From the NCBI GenBank assembly GCA_030390025.1, contig CM059432.1, positions 100,194,001 through 100,258,000 of the forward strand: 64,000 nucleotides of DNA, in the 5' to 3' direction. Below the pieces are notes generated by a model. It saw only the letters and a program-made list of their open reading frames with translations. It was not told where the DNA came from and searched no databases. A program made the position numbers and the translations under genes. This DNA is from Squalus acanthias (lineage: Eukaryota). Shown piece by piece: positions 37,911-50,081 of this stretch; the first letter of the stretch is position 1, and every line of letters starts with the position of its first letter.

Positions 37911-38392
37911 TTACATTGAGCTTCATTGGAACAGTGTAGAAGGCCAAGGACAGAGAGGTCACAGTGGGAGTGGGGCAGAGAATTAAAATGACAAGCAACC
38001 AGAAGCTCAACGTCACTTTTGCGGACTGAACGGAGGTGTTCCACAAAGCGATCACACAATCTGCGTTTGGTCTCCCCAATGTAGAGGAGACCACATTGTG
38101 GGTAGCGAACACAGTATACTAAATTGAAAGAAGTGCAAGTAAATCGCTGTTTCACCTGGAAGGAGTGTTTGGGTCCCTGGACGGTGGGAAGGGAAGAGGT
38201 AAAAGGGCAGGTGATGCATCTCCTGCGCTTGCACGGGAAAGTACCATGGGTAGGTGATTGAAGAGTGGACCAGGGTGTCACGGAGGGAACAGCCCCTTCG
38301 GAATGCTGAAAGGGGAGGGGAAGGGAATATGTGTTTGGTGGTGGGATCATGCTGGAGGTGGCAGAAATGGCGGAGGATGATCCGATGAATGT

Positions 38393-38717
38393 GGACCATC
38401 GGACCCAGCCCCGCCACGATCGGACCCCCCCCCCCACCCCCGCCCGACCACCCCCTGCGATCAGGACACCCCTGCGATCGGAACTCCCCCTGCGATCGGG
38501 ACCCCACCCGCGATCACGACCCCCCCCCCACCCGCGATCTGGACCCCCCGTGATTGGAACCCTTCACACAATCTCTCCTAGACCTAGCTGCTCTCTTCGC
38601 TGCAGCCTTGTGCTGCAGGCTTCCCTGCCCAACAGGCCTCCAGCCTGCTTCTGAGAGGGAAACCACAGAAAAAAAATTAAAGGAGCCCTGCAGGGACTCT
38701 GCGCTAAAATCTAGGCC
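38393..38717. mobile_element. MITE fragment with (cgatcggacccc)n array
   Basis: Repeated cgatc plus C-runs at 38395-38555; TIR-like end aaaatctaggcc. Confidence 0.55.
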
Positions 38718-38849
38718 ATTAACTTTCTGTGTTGAAGCATCTATCCCTACTCTTTTTCTTAATATCTTAGCGATTATATTGTAAATTCTCAACTGCTATT
38801 TACAACTGTGACTCTTTTCTTTTGTGCCATTTCTTTTTGCTTGGTAGCT

Positions 38850-39147
38850 AATCTTCCAAGTCCTCTTCGACAGCACCTCTTAAACCCACGACTTCCACCA
38901 CCTGAAAGGACAAGGCCAGCAGGTGATGGAAACATCATCATCTCCAGGTTCCCCTCTAAGTCATACATATATTGCTGTTTCTTCATTGTCGTTGGGTCAA
39001 AATCCTGGAACTCCCTCCCTGACAGCACCTTCACCACAGGGACTACAGCGGTTCAAGAAGGTGGCTCACCATCACCTTCTCAAGGGCAACTAGGGATGGG
39101 CAATAAATGCTGGCCTTGCCAGCGACACCCACATCGCAAGAATAAAT
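38850..39147 (+). mobile_element. 3' fragment of the tRNA-headed LINE family
   Basis: Matches 45355-45670. Confidence 0.85.
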
Positions 39148-39747
39148 ATATTTTTTTAAAAACCCACCCTATTCTTTGCCTCTGATACTGCACTGCTCCG
39201 TGCAGCTTCAAATATTGATATCTGAAGCTTTACCTTATCAGGATCTGTCAATATGCATTTCTGCAGCAGTGCTGTTGGCAAACCTTCCAATTCTTCTGTT
39301 TAAATAAACCTGTCATTTCAGGCATAGCAACTATTGTGTTGAGAATAACAGTCTTTCATCGAATGATTTATTTTTACTCTTTCCAGCTGACCACATTTTC
39401 CTCGTGCCACTATAAATCCTGTTTTTTTTGTACTGGTTTCATGGCGAGGATAACTGATTTCCCGCTGAGTCTAACTATAATCCTCTCAATGTCAACCCCT
39501 TTAGAAGCAGGAATAAACTTCCTTTTTGCTGAGAGGAACAATATCATTGAGGATATTGATTTCTACCAATAATTCCCAATCAATCAAAACTTAACTCATA
39601 AGGTTACAGTGTTAATAGTCAGTCAAACAAAGCAGCTGAAATGTTAATAGCAGCAAAACAAACCAGAAGACTCAAAAAAAAACAAGCAGCCAAGGTTACT
39701 GCTAAAATTAATTGAGCTCAATAAAACCATTCCAGATTGTAGAAATT

Positions 39748-40105
39748 CTGAGCACAAAATCTAGCTGAAACTCCAGTGCAGTACTGAGGGAGTGCTGCAC
39801 TGTTGGAGGCGCCATCTTTCAGATGAGACATTAAACCGAGGCCCTGTCTACTCTCTCAGGTGAACGTAAAAAATCCCATGGCACTATTTTGAAGAAGAGC
39901 AGGGGAGTTATCCCCGGTGTCCTGGCCAATATTTATCCCTCAATCGACATCACTAAAAATACAGATTATCTGGTCATTATCACATTGCTGTTTGTGGGAG
40001 CTTGCTGTGTGCAAATTGGCACTTCAAAAGTACTTCATTGGCTGTTGTCTGTTTTGGGTTGTCCTGAGGTTGTGAAAGGTGCTATATAAATGCAAGTCTT
40101 TCTTT
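39748..40105 (+). mobile_element. DeuSINE, 5'-truncated
   Basis: Deu-domain and gctatataaatgcaagtcttt tail. Confidence 0.85.
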
Positions 40106-40144
40106 AAAGGCATATTACTCTCTAGTCTATGCTGAGTTAGTTAA

Positions 40145-41131
40145 TAGAAACATAGAAGATAGGAGCAGTAGTAGGCCATTCGGCCCCTCGAGCCTGTTCC
40201 GCCATTTAATGAGATCATGGCTGATCATCCAAATTCAGTACCCTGTCCCTGCTTTCTCCCCATATCCCTTGATCCCTTTAGCCTTAAGAAATATATCTAA
40301 CTCCTTCTTGAATATATTTAATGAATTGGCCTCAACTGCCTTCTGTGGTAGAGAATTCCACAGGTTCACCACTCTCTGGGTGAAGAAATTCCTCCTCATC
40401 TCAGTCCTAAATGGCTTACCCCTTATCCTTAGACTGTGACCCCTGGTTCTGGACTCCCCCGCCATCGGGGACATCCTTCCTGCATCTAGTCTGTCTAGTC
40501 CTGTTAGAATTTTATAAGTTTCAATGAGATCCCATCTCATTCTTCTAAACTCTAGCGAATATAAGCCCAATCGACCCAATCTCTCTTCATACGTCATTCC
40601 TGCCATCCCAGGTATCAGTCAGGTGAATCTTCGCTACACTCCCTCCATGGCAAGAACATCCTTCCTCAGATAAGGCGACCACAACTGCACACAATATTCA
40701 AGGTGTGGTCTCACCAAGGCCCTGTACAACTGCAGCAAGACATCCTTGCTCCTGTACTCGAATCCTCTCGCTATGAAGGCCAACATACCATTTGCCTTCT
40801 TAACCGCCTGCTGCACCTGCATACTTACCTTCAGCGACTGGTGCACAAGGGCACCCAGGCCTCGTTGCACTTCCCCTTTTCCCAATCTATTGCTGTTCAG
40901 ATAATAATCTGTCTTCCTGTTTTTGCCACCAAAGTGGATAACCTCGCATTTATCCACATTATACTGCATCTGCCATGCATCTGCCCAATCACCCAAGCTG
41001 TCCAAATCATACTGGAGTTTCTCTGCATCCTCCTCACAGCACACACGCCCACCCAGCTTTGTGTTGTCTGCAAACTTGGAGATATTACATCTAGTTCCCT
41101 CGTCTAGATTATTAATATATATTGTGAATAG
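40145..41131 (-). mobile_element. CR1 3' part (RT C-terminus)
   Basis: ISKFADNTKLGG, WQMQYNVDKCEVIHFG, LVRPHLEYCVQ. Confidence 0.92.
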
Positions 41132-41659
41132 TTAATATATATTGTGAATATATATAATGTCTTGTCACTGTTGTAATATAGGAAACGCGGCAGCCAATCT
41201 CACTTGAAATGGCAGTAAGGATCCTACAATCAGTCTCAGTTTCCCTGGGCTAGGAAAGGAAACACATCAGCCCAGGGAAAAAGAAAACAAAAGAAACAAA
41301 AATAACCAGTGACATTTTTAACATTGCATAATAAGCTAGCAAGTCAAAGAAGTACTAGTCAGATAATATCTGAATGTATGAACTACCCTTGCATACAATA
41401 TCCTTTGCATGTCAGAGCAGCCCGTCAAGTGGTTTTCAATGTCAATGCTACAGGTGCTCTATGATAAGGTAATGCGACATATGAAATGACAAGAATCAGG
41501 ATTTTTCTTTCACCACAGATTTAAGTGTTTCCCCGTTCAGAGAATTCCTTGCATATGATATGACTGCATTTATACTGCCACTCAATGTAAAGCAGCTTCA
41601 GGTATATATCAATATGAAAGGGAGAATCAGGGCCCATCTGAATTTCAGTTCAGACCAAA

Positions 41660-41932
41660 CGAAAGAAAGAACTTTTATATAGCATCTTTCATAACTTCAG
41701 AATTTTACAGACAATGAAGAATTTTTAATGTCTTGTCACTGTTGTAATATAGGAAACGCGGCAGCCAATTTCATCTCATCTGAAAGATGACACCTCTGAC
41801 AGTGCAGCACTCCCTCAGTACTGCACAAAAAGTGTCAGCCTAGATTATGTGCTCAAGTTTTCTGGAGTGGGACTTGAACCCACAACGTTTTGACACAGCG
41901 GGAAGAGTGCTACCACTGAGCCACAGCTGATA
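41660..41932 (-). mobile_element. DeuSINE, internally deleted
   Basis: tRNA head (gtggctcagtggtagc...ggttcaagtccc) and partial Deu-domain. Confidence 0.75.
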
Positions 41933-42702
41933 CCTATAATTCCATCGCAGTGTGAAATCACATTTTAAAAGTGCCCAAATAGTCCATGGGAATGTCATAA
42001 TCTCATTTATCAATATTTTTAATGTTAGGAGATAAAGGATGCTTCCACCCACTCTCAGTGAGCATTAATAATGAGTTGTCCAGGCGGGATGCTCTGCACA
42101 TGCCTCCAAGCTCATTTGTTGCTGACCTCAGAGCGACCCACAATGATGTGCACTTATCTTCAAACTCAAGGCTGCCAAATGCGCTCCCGCATCTCAGTAG
42201 TTGGGCAGAGACTGTGAGCTGCTGTATTAATGCAACTTAAAATAGCTCCCAATAATTTATATTTAGCAATCCTGATCGTGATTTGGGGAACCAACAGCTT
42301 TTGAATTAAACAAATTCTGGCTCTTCTGTAACATGTGCTTTTCAAAAAAAAATAGGGTATGCAAGTAAATAGTGTTTCTTCATCACTAATGGTAGAAACA
42401 TTAAGGAATAAATTTGCACCCCGTATCATAATTACATAAATAACAAAATCTGTGCATCTTATCTCATTAACAGCAGCAGTGCCCAAGACACAGGCCATGA
42501 ACTGAATTAATCCCACAGGCTCCTTTTGCCTAACCTGTGGTTTCTTTCTTTGTGTGCATTTTTGCATAATGCAAGCTAGCTAGCTTACTAGTAAAAAGAC
42601 TTGCATTTATATAGCGCCTTTTATGACCACAGTATGTCCCAAAGCACTTTACAGCCAATGAAGTGCTTTTTGAAGTGTTGTCACTATTGTAATGTAGGAA
42701 AC

Positions 42703-42790
42703 GGTAACATAGTGGATATGTTACTGGACTAGTAATCCAGAGGCCTGGACTAATAATCGCGGAGACATGAGTTCAAATCCCACCACGGCA
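42703..42790 (+). promoter_or_regulatory. tRNA-derived internal Pol III promoter of the LINE head
   Basis: A-box-like TAACATAGTGG (TAGCGTAGTGG in T1); anticodon-like arm CTGGA-CTAGTAA-TCCAG; B-box-like GAGTTCAAATCC. Confidence 0.75.
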
Positions 42791-45673
42791 GCTGGGGAAT
42801 TTAAATTCAGTTAATTAAATAAATCTGGAATAAAAAACTAGTATTAGTAATGGTGACTGTAAAAACCTATCTGGTTCACTCATGTCCTTTAAGGAATGGA
42901 AGGAAATCTGCTGTCCTTACCTGGTCTGGCCTATATGTGGCTCCAGACCCACAGCAATGTGTTGACTCTTAAATGCCATTTGAAATGGCCTAGCAAGCCA
43001 CACAGTTGTAACAATAATAATAAGAATAAAACTGGATGGATCGACCTAGGCACCGGCTTCAGACACGACAATGGCACACCCAGCATATTGACCCTGCAAA
43101 GTCCTCCTGACTAACACATGGGGACTTGTATCAAAATTGGGAGAGCTGTCCCACAGACTAGTCAAGCAACAGCCTGACATAGTCATACTCACAGAATCAT
43201 ACCCTTCAGCCAATTGAACCAGACTCCTCCATCCAGAGGTGGCAGTACAGTTGGGAGGGAGTGGTCCTGGGAGTCCTCAACATTGACTCTGGACCCTATG
43301 AAGTCTCATGGCTTCAGGTCAAGCATGGGCAAGGAAACCTTTTGCTGATTACCACCTACCGTCCTCCCTCAGCTGATGAATCAGTACTCCTCCATGTTGA
43401 ACACCACTTGGAAGAGGCACTGAGGGCAGCAAGGGCACAGAATGTTCTCTGGATGGAGAACTTCAATGTCCATCACCAAGAGTGGCTCGGTAGCACCGCA
43501 CAGTATTTGTGGAGAAGAGGTCCCGTCTTCACACTGAGGCCACCCTCCATGGTGTTGGGTGGCACTACCACCATGCTAAATGGGATAGATTCAGAACTGA
43601 TCTAGCAGCTCAAAACTGGGCATTCATGAGGCACTGTGGGCCATCAGCAGCAGCAGAATTGTATTCCACCACAATCTGGAACCTCATGACCTGGCATATC
43701 CCTCACTCTATCATTACCATCAAGCCAGGGGACAAACCCTGGTTCAATGAAGAGTGCTCAGGAGCAGCACCAGGCATACCTAAAAATGAGGTGCCAACCT
43801 GGGGAAGCTGCAACACAGGACTGCATGCATGCTAAATAGCAGAATCAGCATGCTATAGACAGAGCTAAGCGATCCCACACTCAAAGGATCAGATCAAAGC
43901 TCTGCAGTCCTGCCACATCCAGCTGTGAGTGGTGGTGGACAATTAAACTACCAGTGGGAGGAAGAGGCTCCCTGAATATTCCCATCCTCAATGATGGTGG
44001 AGCCCAGCACACAAGTGCAAAAGACAAGGCTGAAGCATTTGCAACCACCTTAAGCCAGAAGTGCTGAGTGGATGATCCATATCGGCCTCCTCCTGAGGTC
44101 CCCACCTTCATACTGAGCACACTGGATACAGCAAAGGCTATGGGCCCCGACAACATCCCGGCTGTCGTGCTGAAGAATTGTGCTCCAGAACTAGCCGCGC
44201 CTCTAGCCAAGCTGTTCCAGTACAGCTACAACACTGGCATCTACCTCACAATTTGGAAAACTGCCCAGGTATGTCCTGTCCACAAAAAGCAGGACAAATC
44301 CAATCCAGTCAATTACCGCCCCATCAGTCTATTCTCAATCATCAGCAAAGTGATGGAAGGTGTCGTTGACAGTGCTATCAAGCAGCACTTACTCACCAAT
44401 AACCTGCTCACCGATGCTCAGTTTGGGTTCCGCCAGAATAACTCGGCTCCAGACCTCATTACAGCATTTGTACAAACATAGACAAAAGAGCTGAATTACA
44501 GAGGTGAGGTGAGAGTGACTGCCCTTGACATCAAGGCAGCATTTGACCGAGTGCGGCATTAAGGAGCCCGAGTAAAATTGAAGTCAATGGGAATCAGGGG
44601 GAAAACTCTCCACTGGCTGGAGTCATACCTAGCACAAAGGAAGATGGTTGTGGTTGTTTGCGGTCAATCATCTCAGCCCCAGGATATCGCTGCAGGAGTT
44701 CATCAGGGCAGTGTCCTAGGCCCAGCCATCTTCAGCTGCTTCATCAATGACCTTCCCTCCATCATAAGGTCAGAGGTGGGGATGTTCGCTGATGATTGCA
44801 CAGTGTTCAGTGACATTCGCAACTCCTCAGATAATGAAGCAGTCCATGTCCGCATGCAGCGAGACCTAGAGATTCAAGTTTGAGCTGATAAGTGGCAAGT
44901 AACATTCACGCCACATAGGTGCCAGGCAATGACTAACTCCAACAAGCGAGAGTCCAGCCACCTCCCCATGACATTCAACAGCATTACAATTGCCAAATCC
45001 CCCACCATCAACATCCTGGGGGTCACCATTGACCAGAAACTTAACTGGACCAGCCACATAAATACTGTGGCTACAAGAATGGGTCAGAGGCTGGGTATTC
45101 TGCGGCGAGTGTCTCACCTCCTGTCTCCCCAAAGCCTTTCCACCATCTACAAGGCACAAGTCAGGAGATGGAATACTCTCCACTTGCCTGGATGAGTGCA
45201 GCTCCAACAACACTCAAGAAGCTCGACATCATCCAGGACAAAGCAGCCAGCTTGATTGGCACCCCATCTACCACCTTAAACATTCACTCCCTCTACCACC
45301 GGCGTACCATGGCTGCAGTGTGTACCATCTACAAGATGCACTGCAGCAACTCGCCAAGGCTTCTTCGACAGCACCTCCCAAACCCGCAATTTCTACCGCC
45401 TAGAAGGACAAGGGTAGCAGGCGCATAGGAACGCCATCACCTATAAGTTCCCCTCCAAGTTACACACCATCCTGACTTGGAAATATATCGTTGATCCTTT
45501 ATCGTCTCTGGGTCAAAATCCTGGAACTCCCTTCCTAATGGGAGAACCTTCACCACACGGACTGCAACGGTTCAAGAAGGCGCCTCACCACCACTTTCAC
45601 AAGGGCAATTAGGGATGGGCAATAAATGCTGGCCTTGCCAGCGACGCCCAGATCCCATGATCAAAGAAAAAAA
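42703..45673 (+). mobile_element. tRNA-headed LINE copy T3 (most complete): head, ~400-bp leader, single decayed EN-RT ORF, tail
   Basis: EN start (KLGELSHRLVKQQPDIVILTESY) near 43130; YRPP; GPDNIP; NYRPISL; QFGFR; DIKAAFD; QGSVLGP; FADD. Confidence 0.9.
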
Positions 45674-46408
45674 GCAGCAGCCAATTTGTGCACCAATAGC
45701 TCCCACAAACAGCAATGGGATAATGACCAGATAATCTGTTTTGTAGTGATGTTGATTGAGGGATAAATGTTGGCCAGAGGCGTGGCTGCTATTTAAAGGA
45801 ATCCTGCAGCATCTTAAAGGGATATGCTTTTTACAGTGGTGAATAGCATGCAGTGAGACAGTGCAGCAGCAGTCAATATGACTGTGACCAGGGCCCCCAG
45901 GATCTCTGATGCAGCAGCGGAGGTGCTGATTGACCAGTGACCAACAGGAAGGAGGTCCTCTTGCCCTCTGATGGATGATTGGTTATAAGAACAGTGCCCT
46001 GTAAAACTGCCCAAAGGTTTGTTTTTGAGATTTGTAAAGGAAATAATCTGTAAATCGCCTATGGATTCCAATACAATGTGAAGTTTAGCTGTTGAACTGA
46101 ATGCTGGGAAGAAAATAGTTAATACAGGCTTTTAAGCAATTGAGTTGTAACATCATTATCCCTAGCTCAGGTCCAGCGAAGAAGCACTTAGTGAGATGTA
46201 AACAGGTCATGACCCCTCATTTTTGTGTGGGTCCCTTTATTAAAACTAAGGTAAAAGGCGGGGTGGGGTGGGGGGTGTTGCAAAAATGGAGCTGGCCTGT
46301 CTGACAATCAATGCTGACATGTTTCAGGATGACTGACACAAAATGGGGCAAGCCCTCTGACACATGGCTTACTCAGAAGAAAAGTTCTTCTTTGTCCTTG
46401 ATAGATGT

Positions 46409-46614
46409 CATGATGCGGAGATGCCGATGTTGGACTGGGGTGGACAAAAGTGAGAAGACGCACAACACCAGGGTATAGTCCAACAGTTTTATTTGAAATC
46501 ACAAGCTTTCGGAGTGGCTGCTCCTTCGTCAGGTGAAGAAGGAGCAGCCACTCCAAAAGCTTCTGATTTCAAATAAAACTGTTGGACTATACCCTGGTGT
46601 TGTGCGACTTCTCA
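46409..46614. mobile_element. Penelope-like fold-back remnant
   Basis: ~85-bp inverted arms; 12-bp TSD CTTGATAGATGT. Confidence 0.88.
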
Positions 46615-47042
46615 CTTGATAGATGTAGCAGTCTTTCTTAGTCTCTCTGTTTTAATCAGAAGATGATTTTTATTTCCACTATTCTTCATAGCCGTGCGGG
46701 ATCCTCGGTAACAATTCTTCCCTTTCCTGCTTCCCATGGCACGACTCAAGTCAGCAGGGAAGACTTTTCACAGCACCTTCTTTCTGCTTGCATTCACACC
46801 CTCAAAACTTGCTACTGCCCTCACAAATAATTCTCCCTTCTTGCTTCTTCCTGTTATCATGCATATTAATGTAAGTTACCTCATACATCTTGAAAATCCT
46901 TGCCCAGGGCACATTTTAATCCACTTCCACTCTTCTTGTAGGAAAAGCTGCCACACAACAGGAGGGCGACTACCAGGACAGGAGGAATCCCTGCATTCTA
47001 CGGACAGTGGCACCAATGGAAACGGCTGCCATCCACATTATA

Positions 47043-47631
47043 TGGAGATGCCGGCGTTGGACTGGGGTGGACAAAAATGAGAAGTCGCACAACACCAGGT
47101 TATAGTCCAACAGATTATTTAATTTTACAAGCTTTCGGAGCTGTTCGCTCCTTCCTCAGGTAGAGTAGCAGTGAGAGAATCTCCCAGGCGGCCTTCGGGA
47201 TACACGACAGCGCAAAATCATAGAGCAGAAACTGATAGCCAAGTTCCGCACTCATGAGGATGGCCTCAATCGCGATATCGGGTTCATGTCATGATACAGA
47301 ACGTGACTTGACATCATGGCCGGTCTTTCCAGGTGTTTTTTTTTTTAAAAAGACTAACACAAGAACCAACACAAATTGACAGGATATGCAGCCAGCAGGT
47401 GTTTTGACACGTTGGACCCCCTGGGACACATCTCATTGTCTTGGCTGTGCTCTTAGTGTGTCTTTGATGTAGGGAAAGATTTTAATAGATTTTCTCTGTG
47501 TTTATATTGTGAATTCTGGGAGATTCCCTCACTGCTACTCTACCTGAGGAAGGAGCGAACAGCTCCGAAAGCTTGTAAAATTAAATAAATCTGTTGGACT
47601 ATAACCTGGTGTTGTGCGACTTCTCATTTTT
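47043..47631 (+). mobile_element. Penelope-like element 3' end with inverted pLTR
   Basis: EQKLIAKFRTHEDGLNRDIGFMS (GIY-YIG C-terminus); arms at about 47075-47187 and 47515-47630; 12-bp TSD ATCCACATTATA. Confidence 0.9.
47544..47576 (+). ncRNA. Minimal hammerhead-ribozyme-like motif in the Penelope pLTR
   Basis: CUGAGGA-[GGAG...CUCC stem II]-GAAA; mirror copy at ~47128-47159; CUGACGA version at ~46503-46532 (minus strand). Confidence 0.6.
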
Positions 47632-48574
47632 ATCCACATTATAGACAGAGAGGGGGCACGCAGCATCTGAGATTGTCAGACTGGAGGCCAGGCACAGCAG
47701 GGTATTTGGGAGTCTTCCTTTCGTTCTCTCTTTATACTTAACTCTCTCACTCACACACCCAGCATGACAACCTAGCTGTACAATACACGACCATTCATCT
47801 GCTAACCCTTGTCACCCCTCCCCTTTTTCTAGATGACTCAGGCATTGCAGTCACACAGACTGAAGGGAAAACTGCCCAGAAGATGACTCCCTCTGACCCT
47901 TCCAAGACCAGCACAGAGATTGGCACCCTGTGCAGCACAGACAGTGAGTTAGTGGGATCAGCACTGGGTGATTCACTGAGCACAAGTGAGCAGGTGCAAG
48001 TGGAAAAGACGGCTTGGGGAACAGCTGTGGTGGGCCAGCTCATGTCCTAGCTGTCCTGAAGAGGACAGAGATACAGACTTTCAGGGCCCAGCCTTTAAAA
48101 GACAGGTGATTTCTGTGAACCAGTAATTGCTCAATGCATTAGACTGCCTGCCAGTGAGTTTCTGCAACAATTCAGCGATTTTGAAGAAGTTCACTACCGA
48201 CTACCAAATCAGTGGCCTTAAAGGGTGCAATCTAAATTTAAGCCATGGTATAGGCTTGACATACATCACCAACACAAGAATTTCTATTAGATAGAAGTCA
48301 AAAGAAATAATGAATTACTTCACTTTAATGGAAGATCAAAATGGCTCTTTTTGATTGAATAAGAGATTAACTAGAATAATATATTTTTAGTTTCATTCAA
48401 CCTTGTGCTCAATGATGCATTCGCAGAATGTCAAAAGCATAAAGTGAGAGCGAAAGCTCAAACTATATTAATATGTATGTAAGAAATTAGAAAAAGATAT
48501 TAATTGACTGGCTGAACTCTGTGAAATGTTCATTTATGTAAGGCTGTCATGTTGGAATACTTAAAAACAAAGTG

Positions 48575-49022
48575 CCTACTTTTAGAAAAGACTGAACAGG
48601 CGGGGCTCTTTTCTCGAGACAAAAGAAGGCTGAAGGGTGACTTAAAGAGGTCTTTACAATTATGAAGGGGTTTGATAGGATAGATGTAAAGAATGTTTTC
48701 ACCTGTGGGGGAGTCCAAAATTAGAGACCATAAATATTAAGATAGTCACTAATAAATCCAATAAATAATTCAGGAGAAACTTACTTACTCAGAGAACGGT
48801 TAGAATGTGGAACTTGCTACCACATGGAGCAGTTGAGATGAATAGCACAGATGCCTTTAAGGGGAAGCCAGATAAGTGCAGGAGGGAGAAAGGTATAGAA
48901 GGATATGCAGATAGAGTTAGATGAAATAGGGTGGGTAGAGGCTCGTGTGGAGCATAAACACCAGTACAGACCAGTTGGGCCGAATGGCCTGTTTCTGTGT
49001 TGTAAATTCTATGTAATTCCAT
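48575..49022 (+). mobile_element. Older CR1 3' end
   Basis: KRRLKGDL.EVF.IMKGFDR; tail ttgggccgaatggcctgtttctgtg. Confidence 0.8.
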
Positions 49023-50081
49023 GTACTTTAGAAAGGTTCAAAACATATCAGAAAACAAAGATAAGCCAGCCCCTCTCTCCACAGTGAGTACATCTCTGCA
49101 TGATTTTATTTTCCAGTACAATGGAAATTCCAAAACCCCAAAGTTAGTAGCACTATTCTCAGCAATAGCACTGCATGTTACAGGTAGAAACGAAAACAAG
49201 CAAGCTTCTTCTATCGATGCTGGTTTAAAATAGATCGACATGGAACTTCCAGTTAAAGACAAAGCTGTTCAATCAGACAATAAGTGGCAGGAAGCACTAG
49301 AGGGTAAGATATTAAACTAACCTATCAGCTGGAGATCAGAGGAGAAGAAACAAAGGATTTACAGTTCATAAAAATGATATTATCTTGTGAAAATTGGTAC
49401 CAACAAAAAAATTGTATTGTAACAGATATTTTCAAAATACCTGCTTTGCTGACGTTTAACATAGCATCAGGTCCCATCAAAAACAGTAGGCCTGAAATGA
49501 ATGGCCTTAATTGTTCAGGAGCCTTTGCATCTAACCTCACAGATAAACCTACAGGAGAGTTCAGTTTGTTCCTTATACGAGATGCTTGATGCAGAACATT
49601 TGTTATCACCATGGGAAGTAACATTTAACTTATGAGGGGTTTGAAATTGAAGGCACACAGAAAGTATTGATAAGCAAGTAAAACCGTGCAAGAGAAGAAT
49701 TGGGAAACTGATTATTTTGTTCAATATCAATTTGCCACCAGTCCGTAATGAACAGAAACAATCTATTCCAACAAATCAAGCCCTGCTAATAACTAAATGT
49801 CTGATCTTCCAATGCTACACAAACAATTGACAACGACAACAGAAGTGCCAAAACAAAAGGGTTGTACATTAGGAATAAATATTTAGATGTATCCAAAGGC
49901 AACCCTGGTTTCAGATTCAGATTCAAACTCCTTCAAAAATGCCTTAAGTCTAATTAAATCACATTCCAGAATGTATATGCAAGCAAAAATTTGTTTTCTG
50001 ATTTATTATTTGAAAAGATTGACTAGTACACTTAACCTAGGACAGTCCATTCAATCCAAAAAAGTGTATTAAATTACATGA

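Larger units (their letters stand above)
36562..38392 (-). mobile_element. Penelope-like element 3' part with GIY-YIG endonuclease, split by a MITE and a CR1
   Basis: C...RC.TC...FTCTSFNLVYC...C...YIGETKRRL.DRF.EH...VACHFN...KLEEQHLIFRLGTLQP; pLTR with a hammerhead-like motif. Confidence 0.9.
42595..45778 (-). mobile_element. DeuSINE 3' part (42595-42702 and 45674-45778), split by LINE T3
   Basis: gtaggaaac resumes as gcagcagccaattt; compare 10942-10963. Confidence 0.8.
45850..48200 (+). pseudogene. Harbinger Myb/SANT-like second gene remnant (dispersed exons)
   Basis: RAPRISDAAAEVLI near 45892; exon-like segment after tcttgtag at ~46940 (EK..HNRR..RTGG); 47833-48120 resembles 60941-61270. 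Confidence 0.5.

Noticed and set aside
39228..39300. Possible minus-strand micro-exon (EELEGLPTALLQKCILTDPDK)
   Set aside because: Weak acceptor and no recognisable homology
49025..49310. Possible host exons (AG...GTGAGT and AG...GTAAG)
   Set aside because: No recognisable protein and no consistent exon chain; needs RNA-seq
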